A stretch of DNA of 64,000 nt from Vicugna vicugna (Eukaryota), in contig MU058000.1 in assembly GCA_013265495.1 (NCBI GenBank), forward strand, positions 1,922,001 through 1,986,000, read 5' to 3'. This document shows positions 1-13,500 of this stretch, in pieces; the stretch's first letter is position 1, and each line of letters starts with the position of its first letter. Both the position numbers and the translations under genes were made by a program. Below the pieces are notes generated by a model. It saw nothing but the letters and a program-made list of their open reading frames with translations. It was not told the DNA's origin and did no database searches.

Positions 1-357
1 AAGAGAGACAAAGATAAGTCAGTGACATTATATCAAAATGAAGAGAAGGTCTGGGTAAAGATATACTAGATGAGGTAAGATGGAAAAAGAGTATCATATT
101 AACCAAGAAGATATATGCCCTCTTCTCCATCATCATCAACAAAAAGAAGATGGAAGAAAAATATTCCCATAGACAACAAAAGAAAGGAAGGAAGGAAAAT
201 AGCATTAAAGTTTATATAGACAAAGCCATCTGAAGTAAGGTATCATGTAACAAGGTGAAAATTTGTAAGGAATGATTTAGGCTGTGGCAAAACTTAATAA
301 AAACATAAATCCATAAATATGTAATTCAAAAAGATGATAAAATGACAAAATAAAATT

Positions 358-828
358 GTAATGGGCTGAACTGTGGCTCTGAAAGGTATATTCACCCAGA
401 AACTTAGAGTGTAACTTTATTTGGACTAAGGGTCTTTGCAGACATAACTGAAGTAAAGCTCTCAAATGAGATCACTGTGGATTAGGGTGGACCTTAAATC
501 AAATGTTAAGTGTCCTTATAAGAGTGGAAAAGACACAGGGACACAGGGGAGAAACAGACGTAGAGAAACAGGACAGGAGGCCACGTGAAGATGAAGGCAA
601 AAGTTGGAGGAATTGCAACCACAAGCCAAAAGATGCCAAGGATTGCCAGTAGCCAGCAGAAGTTAGGAGGAGAGAAGCATGGAATGAACTCTCAGAGCCT
701 CCAGAAAGAACCAACCTTGCCGACAAATTGATTTCAGACCTCTAGCCTCTGGAACTGTGAGAGAATAAATTTCTGTTATTTTAAGCCACCAAGTTTACAG
801 TCATTTATTACAGCAGACATAGGAAACG
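358..828 (+). mobile_element. MaLR solo LTR (MLT1B/C/D-like)
   Basis: Typical MLT1 motifs: 'ctttatttggactaagggtctttgcagac', 'gattagggtggaccttaaatc', 'gaactgtgagagaataaatttctgttattttaagccacc'. Confidence 0.85.
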
Positions 829-954
829 GAAATGGAGCTGAAAAGTGAGATTGCATAGCTAAGGAAGGAAATCAAGACTAAACAAGATAATTACAGAACT
901 AAAAATTAAATTAGAAGCAGTGAGGATAGATTGGTAAGCTAAATATTAAATTAA

Positions 955-1397
955 TGTAGCAAAAGCTCTCAGTTTCCCCTAATTGCCTCTACACCCTTGT
1001 CCTTGAAAAGAGAAGCCTCTCAAAGGACATTTCCTGGATGTCAGGGTGTTACTTAAGTTCTGGCCATGGGGTAAAAATGGAAGTATATGTACAATTTCTA
1101 AAATGTCTTTAAAGAAAGAATACACACCTTAATCTTTCCACTTGCCTATTGACATGCAAGGGTTATGAATAGAAAACAGAGTAGCCATATGGGACCTAGA
1201 GATGGTCCATGTTCAGGCTAGCAAAGCAACAAAATGAAGGCCAACTGGTTTCCAACAGTGTAGGACTTCCATATCAATTATGAGTGGTTTATGCCAGGCT
1301 TGTTGCCTGAAAAACAAATAAGCTCCTACCTTATTTAAGCCACTTTAATATTTGAGCCTTTGTTCCTGAAGCCAGAACTTTAATGTTAAGTAATGTA
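955..1397 (+). mobile_element. Old MaLR LTR (MLT1J-like)
   Basis: 3' end 'aaataagctcctaccttatttaagccactttaatatttgagcctttgtt' resembles old MLT1 LTR termini. Confidence 0.55.
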
Positions 1398-1489
1398 TCC
1401 AATCATGCATAGAGATATGTCTGAAATTGTATTAAAAGTGTATTGATAATGAATATCTGCTTAACTTAGTATATTATCTGTTTTTATTT

Positions 1490-1790
1490 ATGGAAAAGAA
1501 AGACTTTGAGATTAAACTGGGATTTAAATTATTGAGCTATTACTTGCCAAATGATTGATTTTAGATGAATCATTTCATCTACTTGAATGCTGATTCTTCA
1601 TCTATGAAATACAGATAAAACTACCTATTTAACCTACTTAACCTGCCTTAATTTTCTAAACTTTAAAATGGGAATACTAATATTTCCTCTTTCATAAAGT
1701 TGTTTTTCAGAATTTATTTAAAGTGCTTAGAAGAACGTTTTGGCACATATTAAGCACTACATGGTTTTCAGTTTTCATCACCATCATCAT
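1490..1790 (+). mobile_element. MIR SINE fragments
   Basis: Degenerate MIR core: 'ttcatctatgaaatacagataaaactacct', 'aaaatgggaatactaatatttcctctttcataaagttgt...aaagtgcttagaa...tggcacatattaagcac'. Confidence 0.6.
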
Positions 1791-2116
1791 TGTCATTACT
1801 GTTATCCTTGCCTGGTAATGCATGAGATGTGAGTGTGATAAAATACATAAAATATTTAGCTTAAAGCATGACAAATAACAGATGCTATGTGATAGTCACA
1901 TTATTTCAATTATTATTTAGTAAGCACATTAAGATGTGATTTCTCATTAGTGCCCTCCTGTCATGCTAATTGTGGTCACTTAAAGTAGAGCACAATCTTG
2001 GTTTCCCATTTACTATTCTGATATTCTTACCTTTAATGTCTTCTCTCACTTCAATTCATTTTAGTCATTTCTGTTAGATTAACTCTCTTAAAGCTTGGCT
2101 TGGTAAAATCACTGTC

Positions 2117-2475
2117 TACGATGCACTGAAGGCTTGTGTCCTTCCAAAATACAGGTTGAATTCCAAATTCCCATGTTGATGATATTCGGAGGTGGAGCCT
2201 TTGGGAGGTAATTAGATCATGAGGGTGGAGCCTTCATGACAGGATTAGTGCCTTTATAAGTAGAGACACCAAAGAGATGATTTCTTTCTCCACCATGTGA
2301 GAGTAGAGTAAGAAGGATGCTAACTGCAAGCCAGGGAGAGGGCTCTCACTAGATATGGAATGAGCTGGCACCTTGATCTTAGACTTCCCAGTCTCCAGGA
2401 CTGTGGGAGATGAATGCCTGTTGTTTAAGGCACCCAGTCCATGGTACTTTGTTTTAACAGCCCAATCTGAAGCAC
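2117..2475 (+). mobile_element. MaLR solo LTR (MLT1A-like)
   Basis: 'ggaggtggagcctttgggaggtaattagatcatgagggtggagccttcatga...gcaccttgatcttagacttcccagtctccaggactgtg'. Confidence 0.85.
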
Positions 2476-3691
2476 CATCATACTCCTTGAGGCTTATAGA
2501 ATCAAATAAAGTTTCTCATTCTGTTTTATGGATCGAAATCCTTCCATAATATAATTCCAACATCCCTCTCAGTCTTGCCCCTTTGATCTTTATACCTGTG
2601 TTCTACACTCAAGTCAGACAAGTCATATTTCCCAAATATTTCTCACAACTCTCCCTCTCCAGAGCTTGGCATGTTATTGTTTTCACTACTTGGAATGTCT
2701 TCTTTTCTTCTTTCTGTATACACGAACATTAAAGGCCTTTCTCATTATTAACTCCTCTACCAAGTCTTTCTGAGCATTTTAATTGAATACACTTTTTCTC
2801 TCTTCTGATTTTTGAATTGGCCTTATAATAATACTAGCTATGATGAATATGATAAGGATGGGTACCTAAATCTGACTGTTCACTTTCCTCCCTATTGGAT
2901 CCCGTGAAAAATTAGCTACAGACACATAGAAGATTATAGCTAAATGGGAAATGAATTACCTTCCCCATTAGCTCCTCGCTCCCACTAAGTTACATAACGT
3001 AACACAGACAAAGAAGTCAGGTAACTCTTCCTTTAACTTCAGCCTTAACTTCTTAAAATTACGAAGAAAAAAATATTGTGAATTTTGGAATTCGCTGCTG
3101 ATTTAACATAAATACTCATCACTGACTATTAGAACTGAATCAATTTAGTGTGCATAATCTGTAATGCTTCAAACAGAGAGGTGCAAGGACCTACTGATTT
3201 GAGCTTGAAGTAATAAAAATCTCCTCTACATATTATCCCATAGGTTATAAGCATTCATGGAAAGTTAGCAGAAACTTTTGTGATGGATGTCATGTATTTC
3301 GAAGCACATACAAAACGTGAAGGCAAACTCTAGTGGTAGAAAACATAAGCTTTTATGTTGCAAAATAGGCGACATCAAACCAGGTGATTGATTTGATATG
3401 CTGACTCTAGATTCCTAGCAAATATTCTCCACATTTCTCTCTCTGTGAGGCAGTGTGCTAGACAGAAGTGATATAAAGTTACATAAGGTAACTCTTTCAT
3501 GCCAAAGAGAATGGACTCTAGTGTAGGAGGTGGAAATATAAGCAGGTGCTGGTAATGTGGGAGGTTGGGAGTAGAGAGAGCTCCTATGTCTGCTGGGGTA
3601 TGATAAGAATCAGAAAAGGCTGTAGAGATCAAAAGTCATTTGAGCTATGACTTGAAAACTGGGCAGAGTCCTGCCAGGTGGAGAAGGGGAG

Positions 3692-4027
3692 TGTACTAGG
3701 GTCCAGAGAACAGAACTAGCAGGATATTAAATACACATAAATATATATTTATTATATACATATTAAAGTGCACACACATTTTATATATATACAGTGAGAG
3801 ACAGAGAGATAAAAAGAGATTTACTATAGGAACTGGCTCAGGTGGTTAAGAAGCCAGAGAAGTCCCACAATTTCCTCAAATTGCTAAGTGTGGATCTCTT
3901 TATTCAGTCTATGAATCAAATGCTAATCTTTCCCAGAAACACCCTCACAGACATACCCATAAACAACATTTTCCCAGCTATTCTGGAAGTCCCTTAGGTG
4001 AGTCACATTGACACATAAAATTAACCA
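3692..4027 (-). mobile_element. ERVL LTR (MLT2-like), internally deleted
   Basis: 'ccagagaacagaactagcagga', 'agagatttactataggaactggctca', 'gaaacaccctcacagacataccc...ttgacacataaaattaacc'. Confidence 0.75.
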
Positions 4028-4119
4028 GGGAAGAAAAAAAATCAAGGCAAAGGGACAACACTTGCAAATCTCTGAGCCCTAAAAGATCTAGTCTATGTAA
4101 AAAGTCGTGAGAGGCTCCG

Positions 4120-4390
4120 AGTGGGTGCCATGAGGCAGAAGAGCCCAGGGCTTAAGAATGTGGCCCTGGTCTCTGATTCCTTGGGTTCAAATCCTGACCC
4201 CACAATTCATTATCTGCACCTCACTGGGCGAGTGATTTAACCTCTCTGTACCCCAGCCTCCTCAACTATAAAATGAAAATAACTTTCTCATAGGGTTATT
4301 GTGAGGGACCCATGAATTAATATCTGTATTGTGCTTAGAATACTGAAATGTGTCTGGTACTGAGTAACTCAGCAAGAAGTGAGCATTACA
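4120..4390 (+). mobile_element. MIR SINE
   Basis: 'gggttcaaatcctgacccc', 'gggcgagtgatttaacctctctgtacccca', 'catagggttattgtgagg', 'gtgcttagaatact...ctggtac'. Confidence 0.8.
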
Positions 4391-4555
4391 TATGTTTCTG
4401 CATGATCTGCAATAGGGTGAACTACTGCCTTTTATATAAGTGGAGCATTTGGTTTCATATATGTGTGTGGGCATAGTGTAACAGAGGGAGAGAGAAGATA
4501 TATAATAAATTGTGTATATTTATAGAGGGAATGCATATGTTTGGACATATATATA

Positions 4556-4583
4556 TGTATGTATGTGTGTGTGTGTGTGTGTG
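4556..4583. repeat. (TG)n microsatellite
   Basis: Direct reading of a TG dinucleotide run. Confidence 0.9.
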
Positions 4584-6834
4584 TAGGAGGGGTACAGGGA
4601 GAGACATAGAGAAAAGATACTGATATAATTTTGCAGACAAAACCCCTACTTATTAGGTGATGGCTTTGAAACAGCTAAACTACAGAAATTCTTTAATATT
4701 TTTTAAAGATGGACTTTTTAAACTAACTGCATATTAGAAAGGGTTTTCAAGAGAGAATAAAATGGCTTTTCAGTTAACTGGATTAATTCAATTAAAACCA
4801 CTAGGTAAGACCATGGCTTCAAAGGATCATAAAGATAGAATCAAATTCTAGCTCTCTGCCTCCTATCCCTCTTTCTTGCCTCCTTTCTCTGTTCCATCAC
4901 AGATCCCTCCAACTCCATGCCCCACACACCAAAACCACACATATCCCATTTTGCTTGTTCATTTCATGTTCTGACAATGGAGTAGAGATGAAAGACATCC
5001 TTAGCATCTGTGTTTTGTTACTTATTGGCCTGGCTTCCTGATGCCTTAAAACTGCTCTCACTCACATCACTTTCTTTGGCCTCTCCACCATTTGTTCTAC
5101 TCCTTTCCTGAGAGGTTACAATAATCAATGTATATCCCAGAGAAAGGTGTGTGTAGCTACTTACCTATTCTCTTAGAACAACATGCTATGAATGACATCA
5201 CTCTGACACATAAAGAGTGGATAATAGCTTAGCATCTAACTATAGCCTCGTATATTTACTTTTTCACTTTCTTTATTCCACCTGAGCAAATTCTTAAGCC
5301 TGGACGCATCTTTTCTGATCGATGGGAGAGATCTTCTAAAATCATGCTTGTCCATGGACTCCTAGGAGTAAGACTAGCCAGGCTACATGATCTTTCCTTA
5401 ATGTCAAATTTTAGTGGTTTAAGTCAGGCAGTTCCCTTAGAAACGTATCACTGAATTTAATGCTGCTGCTTCCACTCACTGGGGAGTTGAATTCAAATCT
5501 TGCCCTAAATCTTAACAGAGTTAACCTTCAATTGGGATTGGGCAGGGTTGAGAGGATTGATTTCTTTTATCCTTTTTGGTATCTTAGTTTGAAAATCATA
5601 TTTCTCTTTAAAAATTTTTTCTTGAAAGAATAGAGTTATGCAGATCACAAGGGATACCAGTGTTTTTCCACTTAGTGTTTTTCTTTTTTATTATCACTGC
5701 TTTTTCCCATTCTTTTAAATCTTATTATAATTAGTCCCCTCTGATGCTACTCTGTATCCTTCAAAAACCTGATTATCTTTTTTGTTCCTCAAAACAAGAA
5801 GGGCATTGACTGGATGGATGCTTGAACAGCTTATAATGTTGCAGTTTTCTTAGTAAGAGAACCTCATGACTATGAATATCCACAGACAGTCTTGGTGTTT
5901 TCATTCAGACTAGGATCGAGGGGCCCATTTGCTATGCTTTTTGGTTCTTTGCCATTTTAGGCGGGTAGAGGGGAAAAGCACAAGGGCTGGAGAGACTGAC
6001 AGTACCAAGATGATGCTTAGAGTTTGAAGCATTACAAACTTCACTCATGCCTGTAATTTTAAAGACGTTTTAACTTCCTTTGATGGTTTAACTCAACTCA
6101 ATAAGCATTCAGTGAGAAATTAATATACTGTCAGACACTGGGGGAAGCACAATATCTGGACAGGAAACCTCCTTTAAGGACATAAGAAGAAGGCTCCGTA
6201 TATTTGAGAGAACACTCTTCAACAAAATGGGAACACACTATCAGATCTTTGGTCTGTAAGTGCTTGTACGGTCAGGAATATGGCTGATTTGAGGATTCCA
6301 TTTGGTTTTTAGTGATCACACAGTCCCAGGCCTGTCATTAACACTCAGACTCCACCTGTCTCAATTTCTTTGTCTGTAAATGAAACAGTTACACTAAATT
6401 GACTCTATAATCTTTTCTTCTTTTATATAGTCCAGGATTCTTGAAATAAGAGTTATACAAAACCATAAGCCACAGAGTACCAAATCAAATGTAATATAGA
6501 GCCTTTGGGGGTGAAAGACAATTCTGTGTATGATCAGGAAATGGGGAAACAAGCAACTGCAATGACTGAAAAGTCCTGACAGAGGATGCAAAAACTGACC
6601 AGTCTTGAACTTAGGCAGAGGGTGGATGGCCAGAGAAGAAACAATGGAATTAATATATACTCTATCAAATGTATGAGGTCACTGATTATAAGACATATTA
6701 TTATCTTATGCATGACTAAAAGGGAAAATGGCACCAATTAAACTATAACCATGTGCTCTGTTATCTCTTTGATTTTTTAACTTTACGTTTATTTAAAAAG
6801 CTTCTTTATACTTACTTGGCTGTAAAAGAAGATA

Positions 6835-7572
6835 ACGGGTACATGAAAAGGTGCTCAACGTCACTAATCATCAGGTAAAGGCAAATCAAGCCACAAAGAG
6901 CTATCACTTCACATCTGTTAGAATAGTTATTCTCAAAAAGACAAGAAATAACAAGTGTTGGTGAGGATGTGGAAAAAAGGGGACACTTGCAACTTGTTAG
7001 GAATATAAATTGGTATAGCCGCTATGGAAAACAATATAGACATCCCTCAAAAAATTAAAAATACAACTATGATGTGATTCAGCAATTCTACTAACTTGAA
7101 AAGATACTTGCACTCCCATGTTCACTAGTGTTATTTACAATAGCCAAAATGTGAAAACAACCTATTGATGAATGAATGGATAGAGAAAAAAGAATGTGTG
7201 GGTGTGTATACTATACATATGTACATATTTTCAGCCATAAAAAAGACAACATTTGTAACAGCATGGATAGAGCTTGAGAGCATCATGTTAAGTGAAATAA
7301 GTCAGACAGAGAAAGGTAAAGTGGACAAAATGGGTGAAGGGGGTCAAAAGGTACAACTTCTAGTAATAAAATACAGAATTCCTGGGGATATAATGTACAG
7401 CATGGTGACTAGTTAACAATATTGTATTGTATATTTAAAAATTGCTAAGAGAAGATCTTAAAACTTCTTACTGTAGTGATCATTTTGCAATGTATACATA
7501 TATAAAGTCATTATGTTATATATCTGAAACTAATATAACATTATATGTCAATTATATCACAATTAAAAAAAA
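6835..7572 (+). mobile_element. L1 (L1M-type) ORF2 end and 3'UTR, 5'-truncated
   Basis: 'catgaaaaggtgctcaacgtcactaatcatcagg', 'aacaagtgttggtgaggatgtggaaaaaaggg', 'gttaagtgaaataagtcagacagagaaag', A-rich tail. Confidence 0.9.
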
Positions 7573-10369
7573 GCCCCATTATGTTCATTTGGATATAAAA
7601 GACCACATGGACAGCTATGACCCTGTGACCAAGTTTACTTAAAAGAGTCAATGATAATTACACCCTAAATGCCACTTGGCCAACAGAAATGATAGGGTGC
7701 TATTGACTGAAAGACAGCCAATTTTTAGAGTTGTTAAAATGTGGCAAAATAAATATGCATCTAAAAAGATCAGCACTCATTTTATGGGTGAGACTATGGG
7801 ATATTCAGGGGCTAGCATGGTAAATGGCTTGTGTGGATGTCTGGACATTGCTTGGAGGAAAAATCCCAAGGCCCAGAGCTGAAAAAATGGGGAGCAGGAC
7901 ATGTAAAAGAAGATATAACACTTAGGACTATGGCAGATCCAAAGAAATTCTGTTAAAGTGTATACATGTATGAATTAAAAAATTCTCAATGCCTTTTTTT
8001 AATCAGAGAACTTGCCAAATGTGAAACTAGCTTCTGAAAGACTCATTATAAACTAAATAACACTGCCAGTTTAATAACTGAATATCAAATGACCCAGATT
8101 TATACAAAAGTAGTGCTTAATTACATGTTATATGCTTTCATTTTAGTTCTCAGGAAGAGAAATAAAGGACTTTATTTTTTAAAATACCCTCTGGTTCACA
8201 AAGTGAAGGAAAAAAAGGACATTTCTCTCTGTTTTCTTACTGAAATAGCTCTGAGTCGTTTTGAATTTCACTTAAATCTTCCAAGTGAAGGTACTTATAA
8301 AAATCTCCTCCAGAAAATAGCCAAATGTCTGCAAGCAAACTGAAAAAGAACAAGCCAAAAAGAGTATGGTTCCTCAGTTTGGAATAGTATTTAAGATTCT
8401 TACTTTCCACCATCTCTACCAGATAGACTACTCTTCAGTAGCGATTGGGGAGTGGATTTCATTACTAAACCTAAGGTCACAGGTGGTTTTTCACTGAAGT
8501 ATAATTAGATTGTGCAGAAAGAATTAAAATGGTTTAGCAAATAAGGTCTCCTCATTCAGACTGAATAGGACAGATAGAATGCATTGCCATGTTCAGGCTA
8601 CAACCAGGCAGTATTCACGCCCAGGGAGATTAATCTGGAGAGCAATCACTTGATGATCCCTGACTATGAATACTTAGTTGAAATTATTCCTCAGTCACCC
8701 TGGGATGGGAAAAGCAATCACTCATAATTAACTTTTTTGTAGGAATATTAATGCAGGGCACAGAGAAGATGGTATAAGAGAAAACCCCTCTTGTTTAGGG
8801 AAGAATTGATATGTGTGCTTGGGATGAACATGATGATCAAAAACTATTAAAGAGAAAAAGAACTTATTAAGGATGGAGAGGTCTACTTAATTGTATATTT
8901 CCATGTGTGAATTTAGGGGGTGGGGGAAGTAAAAAAATACCACTGTTGGGAAATAGGTAGCAAAGTGGTGAGAAAAGCTTTTCTCATTTTGAGAGAAATC
9001 AGTTTTCTCCAGCTAGGCTTTGAGGAAAGACACAAATAAGCACATTTGATACTGATTTGTTCCTCAAAGAAATATGATTTTTTTTTGCATTTACGATCTA
9101 CATATAGAGATAATTCTATGCCCCCAGATTGCAAAAAACTATACATATATCCCCAGTTTAGTCATGATGTGTCATTTAAACCGTTTCTGCATTACCCCAG
9201 TTAGCTACCTGTCCAGTCAAGGAATTAGAATCTTCAAAGTTACCAGCTAAAGCAGAACTCTTTTTTTTTCCCTAGACAATGCTTTCAGAACAGATTACAT
9301 AATACTGATTTATAACAATATTTTATATGCATTGTGTATATGCTTGGAATGCACGTGTGTGTTTGTATATGTGTGTAGTATAATCGTCAAGTAAATCCAT
9401 CAGCAAGTGGGAGAGACCAGTTATAATTTTTGACTAGTATACCAGAAATACTTGAATATAATGATTTGCATGATTATTCATCAAGCAGGTCTTTTAAAAG
9501 ACTCAGGCCACCAACTGGATTAATTAGATCATTGAATTCTAAATTTTTCCACAGATACATAAATTATACTACTGCTTAGCTGCTAGTCAGAAGCAAAGCT
9601 TAAAATAGCTATTAATTAATTAATTTTTAAAAATACATGTTGTTCTGGTAAGTACAAACCTAAATTTTTAATATTATTTTATTGTCTCCTGCCTAATTCA
9701 AACACCTTATTTCAGGTCCTTATCTAGTAAGTGATGTAAGGTAGGTTTTGGGCAACACAATCAGATTCAACGAATTTATATTCACATGAATTGCTGATAA
9801 TAATTTAGCTATGCAAGAAATATGTAAAATTTAAGATGGAGTCAAATTAACCTAAAATATGTCAGGCAAAGCAATAACCACAGGTAGTTTGAAAATATTC
9901 AAGAGACACGGGTGTATTTCGAAATTGAAACTACTTTTGATTATAGTCCATTCTTTGCCTTTTTGACTAGCTGTCTTTACCTATTATTACTTTTCCCAGC
10001 TTCCCTCTTTCTCTATATACATATATTTACAGTGTTTTTTGTTTGTTTTTCATTATAAAAATACTGCATCTGTGTTCATACATCTATCTGCATGCCCATT
10101 CAATCTAACCAACTAAATAGGATTAGTCAGAAGGACGTCCTCTGCAAGGGTGAATCTCAGACTGTCATACCTTATGTAGTGAAAATTATAAATAAGCGGA
10201 AGCTACTTTCCAGTTTGCCTGATCAGACAGCCCCAGTTCATACCTGCTGTCCCAGTTTCCAGTCCAGTTTAGTATTTGCGCTGACTATTTTTTCATTTTA
10301 AAATGTCATTCAGTTGTGATTCAAATCATTTTCTCCCGAAAGACCTTCAAGAACTGGGTCTAGGCAGGG

Positions 10370-10780
10370 CTAGGGAGGTCCGCGGCAGGCTGCTCCTCCC
10401 CTCCTTGACGTCGCGCTGGCTCCCCTTTGCGCATTTATCCTATTCCTGAATCTAGCCGGTCCTCCAAATCACCATCGAGCGGCGGTAAAGCGCCTTGTCG
10501 CGCCGATGTGACGTCACGCACGTAGCTTTCCCCGCCCACCGCGACTGCGCTCCCGCTTCCGGGACCGTCTGAGCAGAGGGCGCTGTCGCCTTCACCGGAG
10601 TCCAGAGAAGCTCGATGTGGGAAGGACGCACCCGCAGTGGAGTTGGTGTCAGAATCCCGGTGGGTGAGCAGAACTGTATCGTTTCTAATAGTTGCACTGC
10701 AGTAAGTGGTAATGAGTTTGGTCGACCTCTAGTTACATTTTTCCTCTAGCATTGTGCGTAATGCTTGCCGCGAAAACAAA
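10370..10780 (+). promoter_or_regulatory. CpG-island promoter with probable non-coding first exon
   Basis: The only clearly CpG-dense block in the window. Palindromic CRE GTGACGTCAC 10508-10517, CRE-like TGACGTCG 10406-10413, GC box CCCCGCCC 10530-10537, ETS CTTCCGG 10556-10562. Donor-like sites gtgggt/gtgagc at 10660/10664 and gtaagt at 10702. Confidence 0.7.
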
Positions 10781-11068
10781 TTCCCTACTGGAACACATGG
10801 TAATGTATGAAAGACAAGGAGAGGAGACTCATATCGTTCTCTGAACCCTTTCCACCTACATATATGTGCCCACCTATAAATCTATCCTCCACTTCTCTTT
10901 CAGGGACCAATACAGTTCATTTGTTAATTAAACCAAGTGCCCTTGGAAACAAGTGGCTGGTGACATCAGTACTGCTCTTCTCCAGTTGCTAATGCTAGCA
11001 TTGGCTGCCAACTTTGCCTTAAACTGTGTGCACCATAACCTTTAGCTACAAGCAGGACTTTAGTCTTT

Positions 11069-11540
11069 GGTTACTGAAGGCAAGTTTGTGTGCCAGCCAT
11101 GCTGTGAGGCCAAATAAACTGAAACTTGAATTTGGAGCAGTGAAAGGTTTATTGCAGGCCTGAGCAAGGAGGATGGGGTGGCTCATGCTGAGAAAAGCCG
11201 GAACTGCTCTAAGTGTTTCGGCAAAGCATATGTAAAAGCCAGGTAAGGGAGTGGGGTTGCAGGATACCTGATCAGCTCCTGCAGTTTTCTGTTTGGTTGA
11301 TGCCTAGGGAACAGGGCAGTCAACACTATCAACTGTAGGCACCAGAAGGTCCAGGGACTATGTGCTCTCAGTCATCAAGTAGTTCATTTCTTCCCTTTGG
11401 TGATGGTTTTAAGCATTTGAAAAACTCAGGAAATATACATGGGATACTTTTATCTGGGTACTTCAGAGAGGAGCCACAGCAGAGGATATGGGGGAGGGGA
11501 ATCTGACCCTGGAAGGCCCCACAGGGTCCTGCTCGGTTAG
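11069..11540 (-). mobile_element. ERV1-like solo LTR
   Basis: Imperfect terminal inverted motif gttactgaa...ctcggtta, reverse polyA signal 'tttatt' near 11148, LTR-like length and composition. Confidence 0.55.
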
Positions 11541-11699
11541 TTTTAGTGAGAATCAGGGAAATTACAGGATAGTTTTACATTAAATATGTTTGGGAAATAG
11601 AGGTGGAACAGTAGTGCCATAGTTTGTATAGTGAATAGGTGAATGCTCCTGCTAGCTGGTTTTGTCATTTATTTTAAGGTATAAATCTATAATATTTAT

Positions 11700-13500
11700 A
11701 TTTTTGTTCAGTAACTTATTTTAAGACTTTTTCCATAAATCCTTTCAACAATGCCTTTCTGAAAGAGCATATTTAGTAAAAATATATGTATTGTATTTCA
11801 TTTCTCAAGGAAGTTTAGGTAAATGTGTAAATTGCACATACTGTTTGTTGATGTTTACTATCCACTATGGAGGATATGGTGAAATCACTGACAATATAAA
11901 AACTAAGACAGTAGCAGCTACATTAAAAACTAGTCGGATTCAAATTGTGTCACTACAAAAACAACATTTAAAAATCGTTATGTTAAAGATGGTATTTCAT
12001 CTAGATCAAATGCTTGTTCTTCTCAATTAATTTCTCTTATTTTCAATTTCTTTAATTTTCTTATGCAATTTTAGCTGTTAAAGTGTTGGCTCCACTATTA
12101 AAGGAATTTTAAAAACAATAGATTATGTCAGTTTGATATTATTAGTATCAGATTCATCAAAGAGAAAGTCAGTGTTATTAATACCAACAATGGGTAGATA
12201 TTTTTTCATTCAGTTTATTAAATCAAAGCAAAACTTTTCAATGTTCCTACTGTTGAAAGTAAAGTATATGATACTAGTATTAGTTCTAATGTAAAGTCAG
12301 TTTAAGAATTTAACACTGAAGTCATATGTATCAATTTTGTATTAATAATGCAAATATAAATTTGCTAGAATATACATTGTGATAAAAACTTTTTTTACCA
12401 AATTAATAAGCTTACATAACAGATATAAATTTGGACTTGATTGTGGTACAAGCACACTTTATAATTGAATACAAGCAAACCACAGCATTCTCCAATTTAA
12501 AGAGAAGTTGTAATTGTCAAAGTTTACATAGATAAATGATAAATAGATAGTAAAGTAAATAAATGACTTTCTTTGTAATGAAGGCAATGTGGAATACAAA
12601 ATTTACTTAAGCATGACAGTCCACACTGCTTTCTACCCATCATCAACCAGAGGTTAGAAATGCCTGAGCTTTTAAAAATCAACTGACGTTTCCCTTAAAA
12701 TTACTGAATATCTTTTGAAATGAGTTTTCTCAATTATAGTGGTATATTGTTCAGGATAAGTTGGAATATTTAATTAAAATAATTAACTAATGGCATGCAG
12801 AAACTTCAGATTTTCAAGCTTTTAGTAATTATAATTAATGGAAAAAAAAAGCATATAAACCGGAAGTCATTGACAAGTACCCCTGCAAAATACATGGATA
12901 GCTAACAAATTAAGGACACACATGATATATAAGATTTAAGGCTGAAGTTCTATAAAGTCTCTAGATTATTTCAGCCTAGAGATAAAACTTTGAGTTTGAC
13001 TTTCTTCTATTAATTGGATGCCTTTACATTTCATTGAAAAGGCCTGAAACTTCTAAATTTCATGAAATACATTTTTAAAAGTCACAAATAGAAACCACTG
13101 ATAGGAAAAAAAAAGAAGTAGAGCAGCACCTGCAAATGCAGTTAAAGAAATATTTACACGTATTAAAATGAATAGATGCAAAGAAGCAGTAGCTGTAAAG
13201 ATATTTTGACTGAAATATTCACTCATGACAACATCAACACTGGTAAAATTTAGAATCTTCTCTACTCACCAGAGTTTTATCGAAGTTTATTAGTTACGTC
13301 AGAACCTGAAGGATCATTTTCTCAATTCAAAAATATTGAATATTATGAACTATAGGAAATAATCAAAAGTTTTAAAATGATAAGTTTATTATCCACAGGA
13401 TGGAACTTTGAAGGATATTACAGGCTATTTTGTGATAAAAAATAAAACTGTATTGAAAACAGTTTTCATAAAAATACAGATAGCGCTAAGAAGCTGGTTA
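11700..13500 (+). mobile_element. hAT-Blackjack (BLACKJACK-like) DNA transposon, decayed transposase
   Basis: Colinear degenerate transposase motifs: BED-like 'CTYCLLMFTIHYGGYGEITDNIKTK' (ORF 11791), 'VLAPLL', 'LVSDSSKRKSVLLIPTMGRYF' (~12140-12205), and C-terminal dimerisation-like 'LLVTSEPEGSFSQFKNI' (~13285-13340). Many stops and frameshifts. Confidence 0.8.
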
